A stretch of DNA of 64,000 nucleotides from Torpedo marmorata (Eukaryota), in NCBI GenBank assembly GCA_977017645.1, contig OZ360232.1, forward strand, positions 8,742,001 to 8,806,000. Reading direction: 5' to 3'. The notes beneath the pieces were generated by a model. That model was not told the DNA's origin, searched no databases, and saw only the letters and a list, made by a program, of their open reading frames with translations. Shown here in pieces: positions 61,567 through 64,000 of this stretch. Numbering within the stretch: the first letter of the stretch is position 1; every line of letters begins with the position of its first letter. The translations under genes were made by a program, and so were the position numbers.

Positions 61567-64000
61567 TCGGCGAAAGCAGGCGAGGAGAAAGGTTGGCTGT
61601 TTTATTAGCCCTTCCTAGGTGAGTGCACTGTACATTCCATTACAGTAAAAGGCTGAGCCATGCCTATGGGGTTAGTGCTCTGCTCAAGTTGCCAGATGTG
61701 GGAGCCATGGGTGACCTCCACCCTCCCAAATGACCATATCTGTGCCAGGTGCGACGAGGTGGGGTTCCTTAGGGGCCGAGTTGGTGAACTGGAGCTTCAG
61801 CTTGATGACCTAAGGCTCGTCAGAGAGAGTGAGGAGGTAAGTGAGAGGACTTTAAACCTTCCCACAGGACATACCTGCAGGGGATGTAACGGGACACAAG
61901 TATTAAGGAAAAAAATTAAAGAAATGGAGTTGCAGCTTGATGATCTGCGGCTTATCAGGGAGAGTGAGGAATTTATAGATACAACGCTCAGTGAAGTGCT
62001 TACCCCGGATTGGGGGGGTCAGGTAAGTGGACTGCTGTCAGGGGAGGGGGGAAAGTTGCTAGCTCTGTGGTGAGCACCCAGGTGACTACTGCTCTTAGCA
62101 ACAAATATACTGTATTGGATGATGTTGGGGAAGATAACCTGCCAGAGGTTGGGCCAAGGGAGCCGGTGGTGCGGAAAGGAAGGAAGAGGAATAAGGTGGT
62201 CATTGGGGACTCCATCATCAGGGGAACAGTCAGAAGATTCTGCGAACCTGACAAGTGTTCCCGCATGGTGTGTTGCCTCCCAGGAGCCAGGGTGCGAGAT
62301 GTCTCGGATAGGGTTCAGAGTATCCTGGGAGGGGAAGGTGAGTGGCCAGAAGTCTTGATACACGTGGGTACAAATGATGTGGATAAAATGAAGGAGGAGA
62401 TCCTGAAGAGGGACTACCGTGAGCTCGGAAGAAGGTTAAGAAGCAGGACCTCCAGGATTGTAATCTCGGGACTGCTACCTGTGCTGTGCGTGGGTGGGGG
62501 CAAAAATAATAAAATCAGGAGGTTAAATGTGTGGCTGAAGGAATGGTGCAGAGTGCAGGGATTCAGGTTCATAGACCATTGGGATCTCTTCTGGGGGAGA
62601 CAAGACCTCTACAGGAGGGATGGTTTACATCTGAATACAAAGGGGGCCAATATACTGGCAGTTAGGTTTAATAATGCTGTTGGGTTTGATTTAAACTAAT
62701 TTGGCAGGGGGAAGGGAACAGGACTGATAGGGAAACAGATAGGAGAGTGAATATAGGGGTGGTTCCGATAGACGGTGAAACCATAAGGAAAAAGGGAACA
62801 AAAAGGGATAGGAGAGTAGGGGCAAGTGCATCAGGAACAAAGATGGAGGGAGAAGGGAGGTATGGTATCAAGGTATTGTATATGAATGCACGGAGTGTAA
62901 GGAATAAAATGGATGAGCTTGAGGCGCAATTGGCAATGGGAGGTTATGACATTATCGGAGTAACGGAGACATGGCTGCGGGAGGGACAGGATTGGGAAAT
63001 AAATGTTCCAGGGTACACGTCCTATAGAAAGGACAGAAAGTTAGGAAGAGGAGGTGGGGTAGCTCTGTTGGTAAGAAATAAAGTTCAGGCGTTTGAAAGG
63101 AAAGACATTGAAACAGGTGGGGTAGAGTCTGTTTGGATAGAATTAAGAAATTGCAAAGGCATGAAGACCATAATGGGGGTCATTTACAGGCCTCCGAAAA
63201 GTAGCTCAGATATAGGAAGTAGTATAAATCAGGAATTAAGAGTGGCATATCAAAGTGGTAGCAATACGGTAGTTATGGGGGACTTCAACATGAAGGTGGA
63301 CTGGGAAAATCAGACGGGGGCAGGAAAGCAAGAGAGTGAGTTTATAGAATGTCTACGAGATACATTCTTGGAGCAGCTAGTGGAGGAACCTACCAGGGGG
63401 AAGTTGATTCTGGACTTGGTGCTGTGCAGCGACGCAGAGTTAATAAGTGACCTCGAAGTAGGGGTGCCATTAGGGAATAGTGACCATGGTATGGTTACTT
63501 TTGATCTGCAATTGGAAAGGGAAAAAGAAAGGAAGTCAGAAGCATCTGTACTGCAGTTAAATAAAGGGGATTATGCAGCTATGAGGGAGGAGCTAGCCAA
63601 AATAAAATGGAAAGATACACCAGCTGGGAGGACAAATGGGGAAAAATGGCAGGTATTTATGGGCATTTTTCACAGGATTCAGGACAAATTCATTCCAAAG
63701 TGGAGGAAAGGCTCTAGGAGATGCAAATGGCAGCCGTGGCTAACTAATGAAATCAAGTGCAATATCAAGTCCAAAGGGAGTAAGTATAAGATAGCGAAGC
63801 AGAGTGGGAAGTTAGAGGATTGGAAAACCTTCAAGAAACATCAGAGGGTAACTAAGAAAGTCATACGAGGGGAAAATGAAGTACAAGAGGAAATTAGCAA
63901 ATAATATAATAGAGGATAGCAAAAGCTTTTTTAAATATGTGAAGAGCAAGAAATTGGTTCGGTCTAAAATTGGGCCATTAAGAATGGAAAAGGGTGGAAT
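61567..64000 (+). mobile_element. CR1 LINE 5' portion (ORF1 + ORF2 endonuclease), runs off the window
   Basis: ORF1: CSSCQMW...CARC zinc finger/zipper and SGNH esterase (GDS, GTND, DGLH), frameshifted across 61660-62699. ORF2 62747-63904 is an AP endonuclease (NARS, TETW, YRPP, GDFN, SDH). Confidence 0.95.

Noticed and set aside
62010-62699. SGNH esterase as a captured host gene
   Set aside because: An esterase domain is an established part of CR1 ORF1.

Overview
Eukaryotic, transposon-dense intergenic or intronic DNA. The repeat set (CR1, Rex1/Babar, L1/Tx1, Penelope, HE1-like V-SINEs) suggests a cartilaginous fish, which is an inference. No host gene is confidently identifiable; only weak candidate exons are seen. 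The window holds four LTR retrotransposons and a 1.18-kb solo LTR. They are: a Gypsy at 15219-20742, an RT-less Gypsy at 30612-33745, a SAP-domain BEL/Pao derivative at 51048-58517, and a Gypsy starting at 58931 that is interrupted by a CR1 with its 5' end intact. Also present are many LINE fragments, five SINEs, Penelope ends with hammerhead-like motifs, Tc1/mariner MITEs (one MER44/Tigger7-like, carrying a 50-bp minisatellite) and a 1.7-kb tandem duplication. Main observation: the two LTR elements without a tRNA primer-binding site (one Gypsy, one BEL) each have a 13-14 nt complement of their own LTR at the PBS position, while the other two have ordinary tRNA PBSs. This suggests tRNA-independent self-priming.
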